From positions 38,698 to 102,697 of the forward strand of contig DKBH01000003.1 in the NCBI GenBank assembly GCA_002451165.1: a stretch of DNA of 64,000 nucleotides. The letters are read 5' to 3'. Positions 26,800 to 36,709 of the stretch are shown piece after piece (positions within the stretch are counted from its first letter, which is position 1; each line of letters begins with the position of its first letter). The notes under the pieces were generated by a model. It was not told where the DNA came from. It made no database searches and saw only the letters and a program-made list of their open reading frames with translations. The translations under genes were made by a program, and so were the position numbers. The DNA comes from Nitrospiraceae bacterium UBA6905. Its GTDB lineage: Bacteria > Nitrospirota > Thermodesulfovibrionia > Thermodesulfovibrionales > UBA6898.

Positions 26800-29325
26800 A
26801 TGCTGCCATACCCAAAAGAAGATCTTCAGCATCTACCCTCTTCTTTGCCGAAGCACAGGCATGATTCTGATCAACGAGTGAAGGCCCTCGGCAAATTTAT
26901 TTATGCTGGCAATGACAAGCTCTGGGTGCGCGGTGTGACCTATGGTACGTTTCGCCCGTGCGCGGATGGTTGCGACTACCCGGAACCAGAGGTGGTACGA
27001 AAGGATTTCGCTCACATTGCCGCCGCGGGAATGAACACGGTACGCACCTATACTGTTCCGCCGCACTGGCTTCTTGAGATCGCGAAGGAACATGGACTGT
27101 ACGTCATGGTAGGCATTGCCTGGGAACAGCATATCGCATTCCTCGATGATAGAGAACGGGTAGAACGTATAAAACGCAGTGTGCGCAGCGCTGTACTCAG
27201 CTGCGCTGCTCAACCTGCAGTGCTCTGCTTTGCCGTCGGTAATGAAATACCGGCTTCCATCGTGCGCTGGCATGGGCGGCGACGTATCGAGCGTTTTATC
27301 AGGGAATTATACGAAATCGTGAAAGACGTTGACGCGGAGAGTCTGGTAACCTATGTAAACTTTCCGACGACGGAATATCTGCAGCTGCCGTTCCTCGATA
27401 TCGTCTGTTTTAATGTGTACCTGGAATCTAAAGGGCGTCTTGAGTCCTATATGGCCCGCCTCCAGAATATCGCCGGTGAGCGGCCCCTGATTATGGCCGA
27501 GATCGGTCTGGACAGCCTGCGTAACGGAGAAGAGGTGCAGGCGAAAACTCTTGACTGGCAGGTCCGCTCAGCTTTTGCTGCGGGATGCGCCGGTGCCATT
27601 GTCTTTGCCTGGACGGACGAGTGGCATAGGGGAGGGTATGATATCGAAGACTGGAATTTTGGCCTTACCACGCGGGAGCGAAGTCCCAAACCATCGCTCT
27701 TTTCGGTCAGTAGGGCCTTCCATGAGGTGCCCTTTTCCCCGGAAACAGCCTGGCCGAGGATTTCCGTTGTGGTGTGCAGTTATAATGGTTCGCGCACGAT
27801 TCGGGACACACTTCAGGGGCTCAGCAGGCTGGATTATCCTGATTACGAAGTTATCGTTGTTAACGACGGCTCCCGTGACGGCACGCCGGCAATAGCCCGT
27901 GAGTTTGATGTCCGTCTGATCTCGACGGAGAACCGCGGACTGAGCAACGCACGTAACACCGGTTGGCAGGAAGCGACCGGAGAAATTGTGGCGTATATAG
28001 ATGATGACGCATACCCGGACAAAGATTGGCTCACCTATATAGCCTATACCTTCCTGACGACTTCATTCATGGGTGTGGGCGGGCCTAATATTGCTCCGCC
28101 CGAAAACGGCATCTTTACCAACAGCGTGGTGCATGCTCCCGGAGGGCCGGTCCATGTGCTCCTCTCAGACCGTGTGGCAGAGCATATTGCCGGATGCAAT
28201 ATGGCGTTCCGCAGGGAAGCGCTGTCAGCGGTCGGCGGCTTTGATCCCCGATTCCGTGCGGCAGGTGATGACGTGGATATCTGCTGGAAGATTCAGCAGA
28301 TGGGCTGGAAGATCGGCTTTAATGCTGCCGCCGTGGTGTGGCATTACCGGCGCGGCACCTTGAAGACCTACTGGAAGCAGCAGCGTGGCTACGGACAGGC
28401 CGAGGCGCTGCTGGAGCAGAAATGGCCGCAAAAATACAATGCAGCCGGCCATATAACATGGTCCGGACGGCTTTACGGAAAGGGAATAGCGCAGCCCATA
28501 AAGACCGGGAAATGGCGTATCTATCATGGCGTTTGGGGTACCGCCCCTTTTCAGCGTTTGTATCAGTCACATCCGCCCCTTTTCTTTTCGCTCATGATGA
28601 TGCCGGAGTGGTATCTGGTCACCGCTTTTCTTGCTGTTCTTGCGGCCATCGGTGTGGTATGGCCACCCCTTCTGTTTATGCTGCCTTTACTGGCAGTCGC
28701 TGTTGGCGCCCCGATTGTGCAGGCAACTATTAATGCAGCGAACATACCGCTCTGTCCCCGCGCACATTGCACGAGGGATCGCCTCCGCATTCGCGCCGTG
28801 GCGGGCTGGCTTCATCTGATACAGCCGGTCGCACGTCTCGCAGGAAGGCTGAGCCGCGGCCTTACCCCGCTGCGGCGGCGCGCCGCGTCAGATCTTTGCC
28901 TGCCGTATTCGCGCACGATCAGGATATGGAAGGAGCAATGGCGTGATCCTGCAGAAAGGATGACAGCGGTAGAAAGCGCGTTGTGTTTTCAGGGGGCGGT
29001 GACCAGGCGCGGTAGTGATTTCGACCGCTATGATCTGGAGGTGCGGGGCGGATTGTTCGGGGCAGTGCGTTTACGCATCGCAATAGAGGACCACGGTGGA
29101 GGCAGGCAGATGGTTCTTTTGCGTGCCTGGCCCATGATTCATCTGCCGGTCCTCTGCATCACGATATTCTTCGCAGTGGTGTGCAGTCTTGCTGTCATTG
29201 ATCATGCATGGATTGCTGCCTCATTGCTGGGCGCCTTTGCAATGATATTCGGCGCACGGTCACTCGGCGACTGTTCTGCGGCTATGTCCACGCTTCGTTG
29301 TGCCATGAGAACGAAAGAAGGATGA
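26800..29325 (+). CDS. Fusion protein: TIM-barrel glycosidase-like domain + family 2 glycosyltransferase (synthase-like) + C-terminal TM region
   Basis: N-terminal domain with VGNEI and MAEIG (clan GH-A-like acid/base and nucleophile Glu). GT2 core ISVVVCSYNGSRTI...VNDGSRDGT...YIDDDAY. A Q-x-x-R-W-like KQQRGYGQAE motif. Hydrophobic helices at the C-terminus. The start is either the ATG at 26800 or the GTG at 26740. Confidence 0.8.
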   Translation: MLPYPKEDLQHLPSSLPKHRHDSDQRVKALGKFIYAGNDKLWVRGVTYGTFRPCADGCDYPEPEVVRKDFAHIAAAGMNTVRTYTVPPHWLLEIAKEHGLYVMVGIAWEQHIAFLDDRERVERIKRSVRSAVLSCAAQPAVLCFAVGNEIPASIVRWHGRRRIERFIRELYEIVKDVDAESLVTYVNFPTTEYLQLPFLDIVCFNVYLESKGRLESYMARLQNIAGERPLIMAEIGLDSLRNGEEVQAKTLDWQVRSAFAAGCAGAIVFAWTDEWHRGGYDIEDWNFGLTTRERSPKPSLFSVSRAFHEVPFSPETAWPRISVVVCSYNGSRTIRDTLQGLSRLDYPDYEVIVVNDGSRDGTPAIAREFDVRLISTENRGLSNARNTGWQEATGEIVAYIDDDAYPDKDWLTYIAYTFLTTSFMGVGGPNIAPPENGIFTNSVVHAPGGPVHVLLSDRVAEHIAGCNMAFRREALSAVGGFDPRFRAAGDDVDICWKIQQMGWKIGFNAAAVVWHYRRGTLKTYWKQQRGYGQAEALLEQKWPQKYNAAGHITWSGRLYGKGIAQPIKTGKWRIYHGVWGTAPFQRLYQSHPPLFFSLMMMPEWYLVTAFLAVLAAIGVVWPPLLFMLPLLAVAVGAPIVQATINAANIPLCPRAHCTRDRLRIRAVAGWLHLIQPVARLAGRLSRGLTPLRRRAASDLCLPYSRTIRIWKEQWRDPAERMTAVESALCFQGAVTRRGSDFDRYDLEVRGGLFGAVRLRIAIEDHGGGRQMVLLRAWPMIHLPVLCITIFFAVVCSLAVIDHAWIAASLLGAFAMIFGARSLGDCSAAMSTLRCAMRTKEG

Positions 29326-29331
29326 GCTGTA

Positions 29332-31254
29332 ATGCTTCAAAAGACTCCCCGCGGCAGCGGCGCTGAAATGCCCGGACCGGGAAACATGAAGAAAGAATTA
29401 CAGCTGCTCCGGTATGTTCGTCCACACTGGCGCAGTCTGGGCATAACCCTCATAACGATATTCGCGACCATTGGGCTGGACGTCCTGCGTCCCTGGCCGA
29501 TGAAAATTCTTGTGGACGTCGTGCTCGGCAATCAGCCGCTTCCTGAAAAGCTCGGCAGCGCCCTTGAGGTGCTGCCATGGTCAGTAGGTACGTACGGGCT
29601 GCTGTTCTGGGTCTGCGTCAGCACGGTCCTGATCTTTCTTGTAGGTACCCTCATGTCAATTGTCGGGAATTTCGTTACGGTGGGGCTTGGGCAGCGGATC
29701 ACCTATTCGCTCGGTGCAGACCTTTTTTTACATCTACAGCGACTTTCTCTCATGTTCCACAATCGCCGCCCGGTGGGCGACACGATCTCTCGAGTTACGG
29801 GTGATGTCTATTGCTTACAGATTAAGGTTACGAGCGTCTTGCTGCCGCTCCTGCAGTCCTTCGTCACGCTTATCGCTCTCTTTGTCATTATGTGGCATCT
29901 CCAGCCGGTCATGACGCTTCTCTCCCTTGGGGTGGTACCATTCCTTCTCCTCAGTATCCATATGTTCGGAAAGCCGATGAAAGATCGCAGCCGGGAGCGG
30001 CGCGATCTGGAAGGACGAATGATGTCTCTGGTGCAGCAGACGCTCAGCGCAATTCCCGCTGTTCAGGCCTTTTCGCGGGAGGAGCTGGAGCATGCGCGGT
30101 TTCGTAAATACGCCGATCAGACGGTCGCTGCCTACCAGCGCAGCACACTGGCGGGCATGTGGTTCAAACTCACCGTCGGTCTCGTCACCGCCGTCGGTAC
30201 TGCAGCCATCATGTGGATGGGAGCACGTTATGCGCTCAATGGCAGCATGACCGTTGGAACGATCCTCGTGTTTCTTTCATATCTCGCGTCATTGTACGAA
30301 CCGCTGAATGCTATCAGCTATTCCGCCTCAACTTGGCAGGGTGCGGCAGCCAATACCGACAGGGTTGTGGAGCTACTCAATATACCCCAGGACGTTCAGG
30401 ACCTTCCCGAGGCTGCCGATATCAAGATCAGGGGAACTGTTCGCTATGATCGGATCACGTTCGGCTATCAACCGGACAAGAAAGTTTTGCATGACGTCTC
30501 GTTCGAGGCAAAGCCCGGAGAGGTCATTGCCATTGTGGGGCCGACGGGAAGTGGAAAGACGACTCTGGTGAACCTGCTCATCAGATTTTTTGATCCCTGG
30601 TCAGGCAGCATCATTGTAGATGGGTATGACATCCGCCGCATCAGGGTCCGTTCGTTGCGCCAGCAGATAGCCATGGTGCTTCAGGAGCCCTTTATCTTTC
30701 CTTTGACCGTAGCCGAGAATATCTCCTACGGCCGGCCGGATGCTACTCCTGAGGAGATCAGGGCTGCTGCTGAAGCGGCGAACGCCGATGAGTTTATCTG
30801 CCGTTTGCCCGAGGGATACCATACTGTCTTAGGGGAGCGGGGGGCCACGCTTTCTGGTGGAGAGAAGCAGCGGTTGTCCATAGCGCGAGCATTTCTTATG
30901 AATGCTCCTGTCCTTATTCTTGATGAACCGACCTCGGCGCTGGATGCCGGAACGGAATCCCTATTACTGGGCTCGCTCAAGCGCCTAATGAAGGATCGTA
31001 CGACCTTTATTATTGCGCACCGTCTGTCCACGATCCGCGATGCGGACCGGATTCTTGTCATAAAGGATGGCGAGATCGCGGAACAGGGATCCCATGAAGA
31101 TCTCATGGCCAAAGGGCAGCTCTATGCGAGTCTTTGCCAGAAACAAAGTAAAGTTCTTCAGGTGAACAGCTTTGATATGAGTGTCGAGGAATGTACAGGG
31201 GATCAATACCATCTGTCAAGCCACAGGCGCTGCCGGAAGCAGGACGGGCAGTGA
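29332..31254 (+). CDS. ABC exporter, fused permease/ATPase (MsbA-like)
   Basis: Six-TM domain, then GPTGSGKTT (Walker A), LSGGEKQR (signature) and ILDEPTSALD (Walker B). Confidence 0.9.
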   Translation: MLQKTPRGSGAEMPGPGNMKKELQLLRYVRPHWRSLGITLITIFATIGLDVLRPWPMKILVDVVLGNQPLPEKLGSALEVLPWSVGTYGLLFWVCVSTVLIFLVGTLMSIVGNFVTVGLGQRITYSLGADLFLHLQRLSLMFHNRRPVGDTISRVTGDVYCLQIKVTSVLLPLLQSFVTLIALFVIMWHLQPVMTLLSLGVVPFLLLSIHMFGKPMKDRSRERRDLEGRMMSLVQQTLSAIPAVQAFSREELEHARFRKYADQTVAAYQRSTLAGMWFKLTVGLVTAVGTAAIMWMGARYALNGSMTVGTILVFLSYLASLYEPLNAISYSASTWQGAAANTDRVVELLNIPQDVQDLPEAADIKIRGTVRYDRITFGYQPDKKVLHDVSFEAKPGEVIAIVGPTGSGKTTLVNLLIRFFDPWSGSIIVDGYDIRRIRVRSLRQQIAMVLQEPFIFPLTVAENISYGRPDATPEEIRAAAEAANADEFICRLPEGYHTVLGERGATLSGGEKQRLSIARAFLMNAPVLILDEPTSALDAGTESLLLGSLKRLMKDRTTFIIAHRLSTIRDADRILVIKDGEIAEQGSHEDLMAKGQLYASLCQKQSKVLQVNSFDMSVEECTGDQYHLSSHRRCRKQDGQ

Positions 31255-32237
31255 TGATGACATCAGCTAGTCTGCCCGGAATGCAGACCCTTGAGGAAGG
31301 TCTTTCTTTACTTCTTCAAGAGAGAGGATTTGACGCTAGTCGTATAACTATTTCGAGCAGGGAATCCAATGTTTATCAGAGCACGTCCCCCTGTGAGATT
31401 GTGACCTGCAGGCTGACTGACGGAAAGATATTGAAACTGCTCTGCAAGTATTCCACTGCACGGGACGATGACAGTTTTGGTCACCGAAGAGGGATTGCCT
31501 ACGAAGGAGAGGTATATCGGCGGATCCTGATGTCATCTCAACTCACTATTCCGGTCTATTATGGCACCTACATGGAGGAAATGGACGGACGCACATGGCT
31601 GGTCACGGAATATCTCCATGACGGCTGCAGAATATCGAATTCTACGGAGCACGATGCACTTTCTTTGGCCGCAGAGTGGATCGGGAAACTGCATGCTGCA
31701 CAGGAAGTGCACGATCGCGGCGATGAGAAGGCATTCCTCAGCGTGTATAATGCAGACTATTATAGCGGTTGGCTTGACCGGGCGGCGCAGAATACGAAAC
31801 ATCTGCAGAAGAATTTCCCCTGGTTGGGAGCGCTTGTCAGCCGGTTCGAAGAATGCATCACTGTCCTTACTCATCTCAGCCAGACCGTCATCCATGGCGA
31901 ATACTACCCCAGCAATATTCTTATCCGGAACAGATCGGTCTATCCGGTGGACTGGGAATCGGCAGCGATAGGCCCCGGTGAAATTGATCTAGCTGCCGTG
32001 ACCGAGGGATGGCCCGAAGATATCACACAGGAGTGCAAACGCATATATAGATCCATTCGGTGGCCTGGCGCCATGGACCAGGATTTTGATCGGCATGTTG
32101 ATGCTGCCAGCATTTATTTATGCCTGCGATGGCTTGGCGATGCCGATGTCACAACGGATGAAGACTCCCAGTGGCATCTTGAGCATCTGTATTCCACCAG
32201 CCTACGGTTCGGATTACTAGGAAAACAGGGCGTATGA
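31254..32237 (+). CDS. Phosphotransferase (APH/choline-kinase fold)
   Basis: HGEYYPSNILI...VDWESAAIGPGEIDLA resembles the Brenner/APH catalytic loop. The start overlaps the ABC stop codon (GTGATGATGA). Confidence 0.65.
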   Translation: MMTSASLPGMQTLEEGLSLLLQERGFDASRITISSRESNVYQSTSPCEIVTCRLTDGKILKLLCKYSTARDDDSFGHRRGIAYEGEVYRRILMSSQLTIPVYYGTYMEEMDGRTWLVTEYLHDGCRISNSTEHDALSLAAEWIGKLHAAQEVHDRGDEKAFLSVYNADYYSGWLDRAAQNTKHLQKNFPWLGALVSRFEECITVLTHLSQTVIHGEYYPSNILIRNRSVYPVDWESAAIGPGEIDLAAVTEGWPEDITQECKRIYRSIRWPGAMDQDFDRHVDAASIYLCLRWLGDADVTTDEDSQWHLEHLYSTSLRFGLLGKQGV

Positions 32238-32307
32238 TCTTCGGCATTGTTCAGGGAGAAGTGCAGGGCTGCCGTGGCAGGACAGCATGGTTGAACAGGG
32301 TAAATGG

Positions 32308-33477
32308 ATGAAAAAGAAATTGAGACTGGTCATTATGGGAATGATGGGGAGATGTCCTTTTGGCGGACAGACCTGGCTCTATCTGAATTGGCTCAGTGGG
32401 TTCAAACGTCTCGGGCACGAGGTCTATTATGTGGAGGATGACACGGTCTGGCCGTACGATCCTGAAAAGAACGCAGTCACCGATGACTGCGGCTATGCAG
32501 TGGATCACCTGTCACGCTGTCTGGGACGCATTGGACTGCCAGATCACTGGGCCTTTAGGTTGGCGGGTCATGCGGACGCTTGTTGGGGAATGTCCGAGAG
32601 CGCGCTGAACGATCTGTATCGTACCTGTGATGTTCTGCTGAATGTGGTCGGTGCTACTGACCTGCGTGAAGAACATATGGCTGCGCCGTTCAGGGTCTAC
32701 GTGCAAACCGATCCGGTGACCTTTGAGCTCAGGCTTGCAGGCGGTGATGAGCATACACAAAGATCCTTTTCCGACCATAATGTCATCGCAACGTACGGAG
32801 AGAATTACGGTGCTCCGGACTGCGGTGTTCCCCTGAACAATATCAGCTATATTACGACACGTCAGCCCATAGACCTTGATTTTTGGCAGATGTCCTATGA
32901 TCCTTCAGCGCAATTCTTCACGACCATCGGTAATTACCGCCAGAAGGGAAGCGATATAGAGTATAACGGGGAGACATATCGCTGGAGCAAGCATTATGAG
33001 TGGGAGAAATTCATAGACCTGCCGCGGCGAACACAACAGAAGTTTGAAGTGGCACTCAAAATAGATAGAGCCGATGATCAGCATAAGCTTGAGGCTCATG
33101 GATGGAGGTTGATATCACCCGTTCGCATGTCGCTGGATGTCTTTGGAGGCTATCCTGAATACGTTCGTAGATCACGTGCTGAATTTACGGTTGCAAAAGA
33201 CCAAAACATCAGATTGCGCAGCGGCTGGTTCAGTGACAGAGATGCCTGTTATCTGGCATGCGGAAAACCCGTAGTATTACAGGACACGGGGTTCACCAAC
33301 GTCCTGCCGGTGGGAGAGGGGCTCTTTGTCTTTACGACCATGGATGAGGTCCTTGCTGCAATCGACGCGATCAACACCAGCTATCAGATGCACTGCGAGG
33401 CTGCGAGAGCTGTAGCAGAGGATTATTTCAGGGCTGAGAACGTTGCGGCAAAACTTCTTTCGGACATAGGGTATTGA
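32308..33477 (+). CDS. CgeB-like / GT-B C-terminal-domain glycosyltransferase-like protein
   Basis: The C-terminal part SGWFSDRDACYLACGKPVVLQDTGF...GEGLFVFTTMDEVLAAI...AARAVAEDYF resembles Glyco_trans_1_2 (CgeB) as I recall it. The start is 32287 or 32308. Confidence 0.45.
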   Translation: MKKKLRLVIMGMMGRCPFGGQTWLYLNWLSGFKRLGHEVYYVEDDTVWPYDPEKNAVTDDCGYAVDHLSRCLGRIGLPDHWAFRLAGHADACWGMSESALNDLYRTCDVLLNVVGATDLREEHMAAPFRVYVQTDPVTFELRLAGGDEHTQRSFSDHNVIATYGENYGAPDCGVPLNNISYITTRQPIDLDFWQMSYDPSAQFFTTIGNYRQKGSDIEYNGETYRWSKHYEWEKFIDLPRRTQQKFEVALKIDRADDQHKLEAHGWRLISPVRMSLDVFGGYPEYVRRSRAEFTVAKDQNIRLRSGWFSDRDACYLACGKPVVLQDTGFTNVLPVGEGLFVFTTMDEVLAAIDAINTSYQMHCEAARAVAEDYFRAENVAAKLLSDIGY

Positions 33478-33480
33478 GCG

Positions 33481-34185
33481 ATGAAGACGACCTGTCTCAT
33501 TGTGAATGCCGATGACCTTGGATTGAGTCAGGGTGTCAATGCAGGCGTTTTACATGCACATGAACAGGGTATCGTGACCAGTGCCAGTCTCATGGTCCGC
33601 TGGCCTGCTGCTATTGCAGCAGCCGGGTATTGCAGGGAATACCCTGACCTGTGTATCGGATTGCATCTCGATTTTGGTGAGTGGATATGGGAAAAAGGGC
33701 ATTGGATCTCCCTTTATGATGTCGTGTCCCTCGAAGATGAGAAGTCAGTGAGGAATGAAGTGTTTCGTCAGCTGACTGCTTTTCGTGACATCACCGGCAT
33801 GGAACCCACCCACATTGATTCTCACCAGCACGTTCACCGTTCGGAACCCCTGCAGCATATCACCAGGGAACTGACACGCCACCTTGGCATACCACTTCGA
33901 CATCTCAGTTCGGAGATTTGCTATCGGGGAGATTTCTATGGACAAACGGAAAGGGGAGAACCCCTTCCGGAAAATATCAGCACGGCTCATCTTATCGATA
34001 TCCTGACTTCATTGCCGCCAGGAATAACGGAATTGGCATGTCATCCGGGCAACGGCGATGGGCTGAACACCATGTATGCAATTGAACGTCAACAGGAATT
34101 ACGGGTGCTGTGCGATCCGATAGTTAAAAAGGCTATTGATGAGCGTGGTATACAACTCTGCTCGTTTCGGACGATCCCCCGGTGA
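33481..34185 (+). CDS. YdjC/ChbG-family carbohydrate deacetylase
   Basis: LIVNADDLGLSQGVN.G...GIVTSASLMV...HIDSHQHVH, the characteristic YdjC motifs. Confidence 0.85.
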   Translation: MKTTCLIVNADDLGLSQGVNAGVLHAHEQGIVTSASLMVRWPAAIAAAGYCREYPDLCIGLHLDFGEWIWEKGHWISLYDVVSLEDEKSVRNEVFRQLTAFRDITGMEPTHIDSHQHVHRSEPLQHITRELTRHLGIPLRHLSSEICYRGDFYGQTERGEPLPENISTAHLIDILTSLPPGITELACHPGNGDGLNTMYAIERQQELRVLCDPIVKKAIDERGIQLCSFRTIPR

Positions 34186-34325
34186 AAAGACACCTTGGCG
34201 AGGGAAGGGCGTGCGAAAAGAGACGCTGCAGCGGCACGCCTGCTCGGAAAGTCAATAAGGGCAGGTCGCGGGCATTACTGTGGAACTGGGAAATTAAGAA
34301 ATGAAGGAACAGAGGTGAGAAACAG

Positions 34326-35351
34326 ATGAAAGATGCTAAGAAGAAGCGGATTCTCGTTACCGGAGGCGCCGGCTATATCGGCAGTCATGCCTGCAAGGCC
34401 CTTTCGCGCGCCGGATTTCATCCCGTGACCCTGGACAACCTTATCTACGGGCATGAATGGGCCGTGAAATGGGGGCCTTTCATCAGAGGAGATATCCATG
34501 ACGGCCGGTTGCTCGATCGGGTCTTCGGGTTTTTCAGCCCAGCAGCGGTAATTCATTTCGCTGCCTTCGCCTATGTCGGTGAGTCGGTTACTGACCCCGA
34601 AAAATACTATGAGAACAATGTTGCCGGTACGCTCTCGCTCCTTAGTGCGATGAGGCGCAACGGCTGTCCGAGCATTGTGTTTTCGAGCACCTGTGCAACC
34701 TACGGTGACCCGCACAGAGTTCCGATTTCAGAGGATCATCCGCAGCAGCCCATCAATCCTTACGGAAGAAGCAAGTTCATGATCGAGCAGATACTGAAAG
34801 ATTTCGAAGATGCTTACGGAGTCCTGTATGCAGCACTGCGCTACTTCAATGCGGCCGGCGGTGACCCTGACGTCGAGATCGGCGAGGATCACGATCCTGA
34901 GACACATCTTATTCCGCTGGTGATTCAGGCCGCCCTCGGCCTGCGGCAGTGCGTGGAGGTTTTTGGCAGTGATTATCCGACGCCGGACGGCACGGCGGTG
35001 CGTGATTATATCCATGTAACGGATCTCGCCCAGGCCCATGTGCGTGCTCTGCAACATCTCCTTGACGGAGGTAAGAGTCTCCGGCTGAACCTCGGGACCG
35101 GGAAGGGGCATTCGGTCAGGGAAATAATTCGTGCTGTGGAAGAGGAGACGGGGACAAAGGTTCCGGTGCAGAAGGCATCGCGACGGGCAGGAGATCCGCC
35201 CCTGCTCGTTGCTGATGCTGCGCGCGCAGCAGAAGAGCTGTGCTGGAAGCCTCGCTATTCCGATATGCGTACCATCGTGAAAACAGCGCTACGATGGCAC
35301 CGTTCCCGTCTCGTATTGCATGATACTGCGGCCGTGGAGAGACGCGCATAA
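34326..35351 (+). CDS. galE: UDP-glucose 4-epimerase
   Basis: ILVTGGAGYIGSH...YGRSK...DYIHVTDLA, the SDR extended-family GalE pattern. Confidence 0.9.
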   Translation: MKDAKKKRILVTGGAGYIGSHACKALSRAGFHPVTLDNLIYGHEWAVKWGPFIRGDIHDGRLLDRVFGFFSPAAVIHFAAFAYVGESVTDPEKYYENNVAGTLSLLSAMRRNGCPSIVFSSTCATYGDPHRVPISEDHPQQPINPYGRSKFMIEQILKDFEDAYGVLYAALRYFNAAGGDPDVEIGEDHDPETHLIPLVIQAALGLRQCVEVFGSDYPTPDGTAVRDYIHVTDLAQAHVRALQHLLDGGKSLRLNLGTGKGHSVREIIRAVEEETGTKVPVQKASRRAGDPPLLVADAARAAEELCWKPRYSDMRTIVKTALRWHRSRLVLHDTAAVERRA

Positions 35352-35619
35352 ACGGCGCCATTTCAATAGCTCTTCCCATCTCACATCAGCCCGGCGGGCC
35401 CTCATGCTTGCTGCCCTTCGTTCGAGGAGGTTCTCTGCTTGTTCGAAAGATTTACAAAAAAGTAATGAGTGCGAGAGCGAAGTTGCAGGGGATCGTTTTG
35501 GATTGGTATGCACCATCAGTTCATCGTGGATAACAGATGCTTTCTGCCAGAAAGGGTAACGGATACAACATTGAAGGTATTGAGACCATCCGGTGCATAC
35601 CGAGCGTCTGCCAGCCTAT

Positions 35620-36066
35620 CTTAAGAGATGTGCGGGCTCACTTGGGTACCGTCGGATATCCCGCAGTGATCCAGTCGTTCCATCCACCCCGAAGTACCGA
35701 GACGTTCCTGTACCCGAATGCCATAAGTTTGAGCGCCACACCGACGCTCGTTTCATGGTTTGTTCAGGAGCAGTAGATGACTATCTTCTGATCAGAAGGA
35801 TAACGTCCCTCCCAGGAGTCCACTTCTGATGCATCAAGCCGCTCGGCGTTCCTGATCTTACGATCGCTCCTCTTCCAATCCTTGCCATACCGTGCATCCA
35901 GAATGATCAGTGACGGTTCATCCAAGATGGCCAGAAGCTCTTCCTTGCTGGTCCAGGTTATCTTGTTCGTATCCTCAGGCTGCACAAACGCAGAACAGGC
36001 TGCCAGAGAAAGAAAAAGTGCCAGCATCACAAGGACTTTCCCGGTCATAGAATCGTTTTTTTTCAT
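35620..36066 (-). CDS. Rhodanese-domain lipoprotein with an in-frame TGA (candidate selenocysteine, or a nonsense mutation)
   Basis: The listed ORF stops at ...KIVIYCS-TGA (35764-66). The same frame continues as TNHETSVGVALKLMAFGYRNVSVLRGGWNDWITAGYPTVPKVSPHIS-TAA. That continuation is the canonical rest of a rhodanese domain. Confidence 0.6.
35722..35757 (-). promoter_or_regulatory. SECIS-like stem-loop downstream of the in-frame UGA
   Basis: The RNA reads UGA-N14-GAGCGUC-GGUGU-GGCGCUC, a 7 bp stem with one G-U pair and a 5 nt loop containing GU. A possible lower stem is CAUGA/UUAUG. Confidence 0.35.
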
Positions 36067-36069
36067 CTC

Positions 36070-36519
36070 TTACTTTGGCGAAAGAACAAGATCAAAGACC
36101 GCTGCTGTTTTGTCTTTTTCCGGATAGTGCTGCGTGACGAGCGTTTGAAATCCCGCTGCAGAAATGCGTAGATGAATGTGTGGCGGTCTGCCGTAATAAG
36201 GCGGCGGGATATGACTTTCAAAACGGAATTCGCCAGCGTTGTCGGAATAAAGCGCTGCGCGGTAATCATCGGCGTATTCGCCGTCAGGCCCTGCCAACCA
36301 CAACTCGATCTTTGCACCGGGAACGGGCAAGCAGGTGTCAGCCGATTTAACGGTACCGGTCAGCATATAGCCCGTGCCGACGTTTGAGCGTGCAGGGGCG
36401 TCAGGCTTATAGAATGGTCCCAGCGCATCAGGTTCCGTAGGCCTGCAGTCTGAGCCGTTCGAGATGCCCCACAAAAGCAACAGAGTACAGAGCATGAGAG
36501 AAACGCTAGATGTTCTCAT
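36070..36519 (-). CDS. Intradiol dioxygenase-like (Dioxygenase_C fold) secreted protein
   Basis: Signal peptide, then TEPDALGPFY...GAKIELW...YYGRPPHIHLRI, the typical intradiol dioxygenase core. It sits 3 nt upstream of the rhodanese start. Confidence 0.7.
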   Translation of the reverse strand: MRTSSVSLMLCTLLLLWGISNGSDCRPTEPDALGPFYKPDAPARSNVGTGYMLTGTVKSADTCLPVPGAKIELWLAGPDGEYADDYRAALYSDNAGEFRFESHIPPPYYGRPPHIHLRISAAGFQTLVTQHYPEKDKTAAVFDLVLSPK

Positions 36520-36709
36520 ATTCTCATGATACCGTACTTGCCTATCATGGTAAAGCTCTTGCCGGTGGCACGGATGATCGCCGGGATATGGCAACGGCCT
36601 AATAAACCGTGAGTTCAGGATATGAATCTGCTATAATGCTCTCATTCTGGGTCGGGCTGTTGCCCGTACGATGTACAGCAACTTCGGGAAAAAAGGAGCA
36701 CTGATCATC

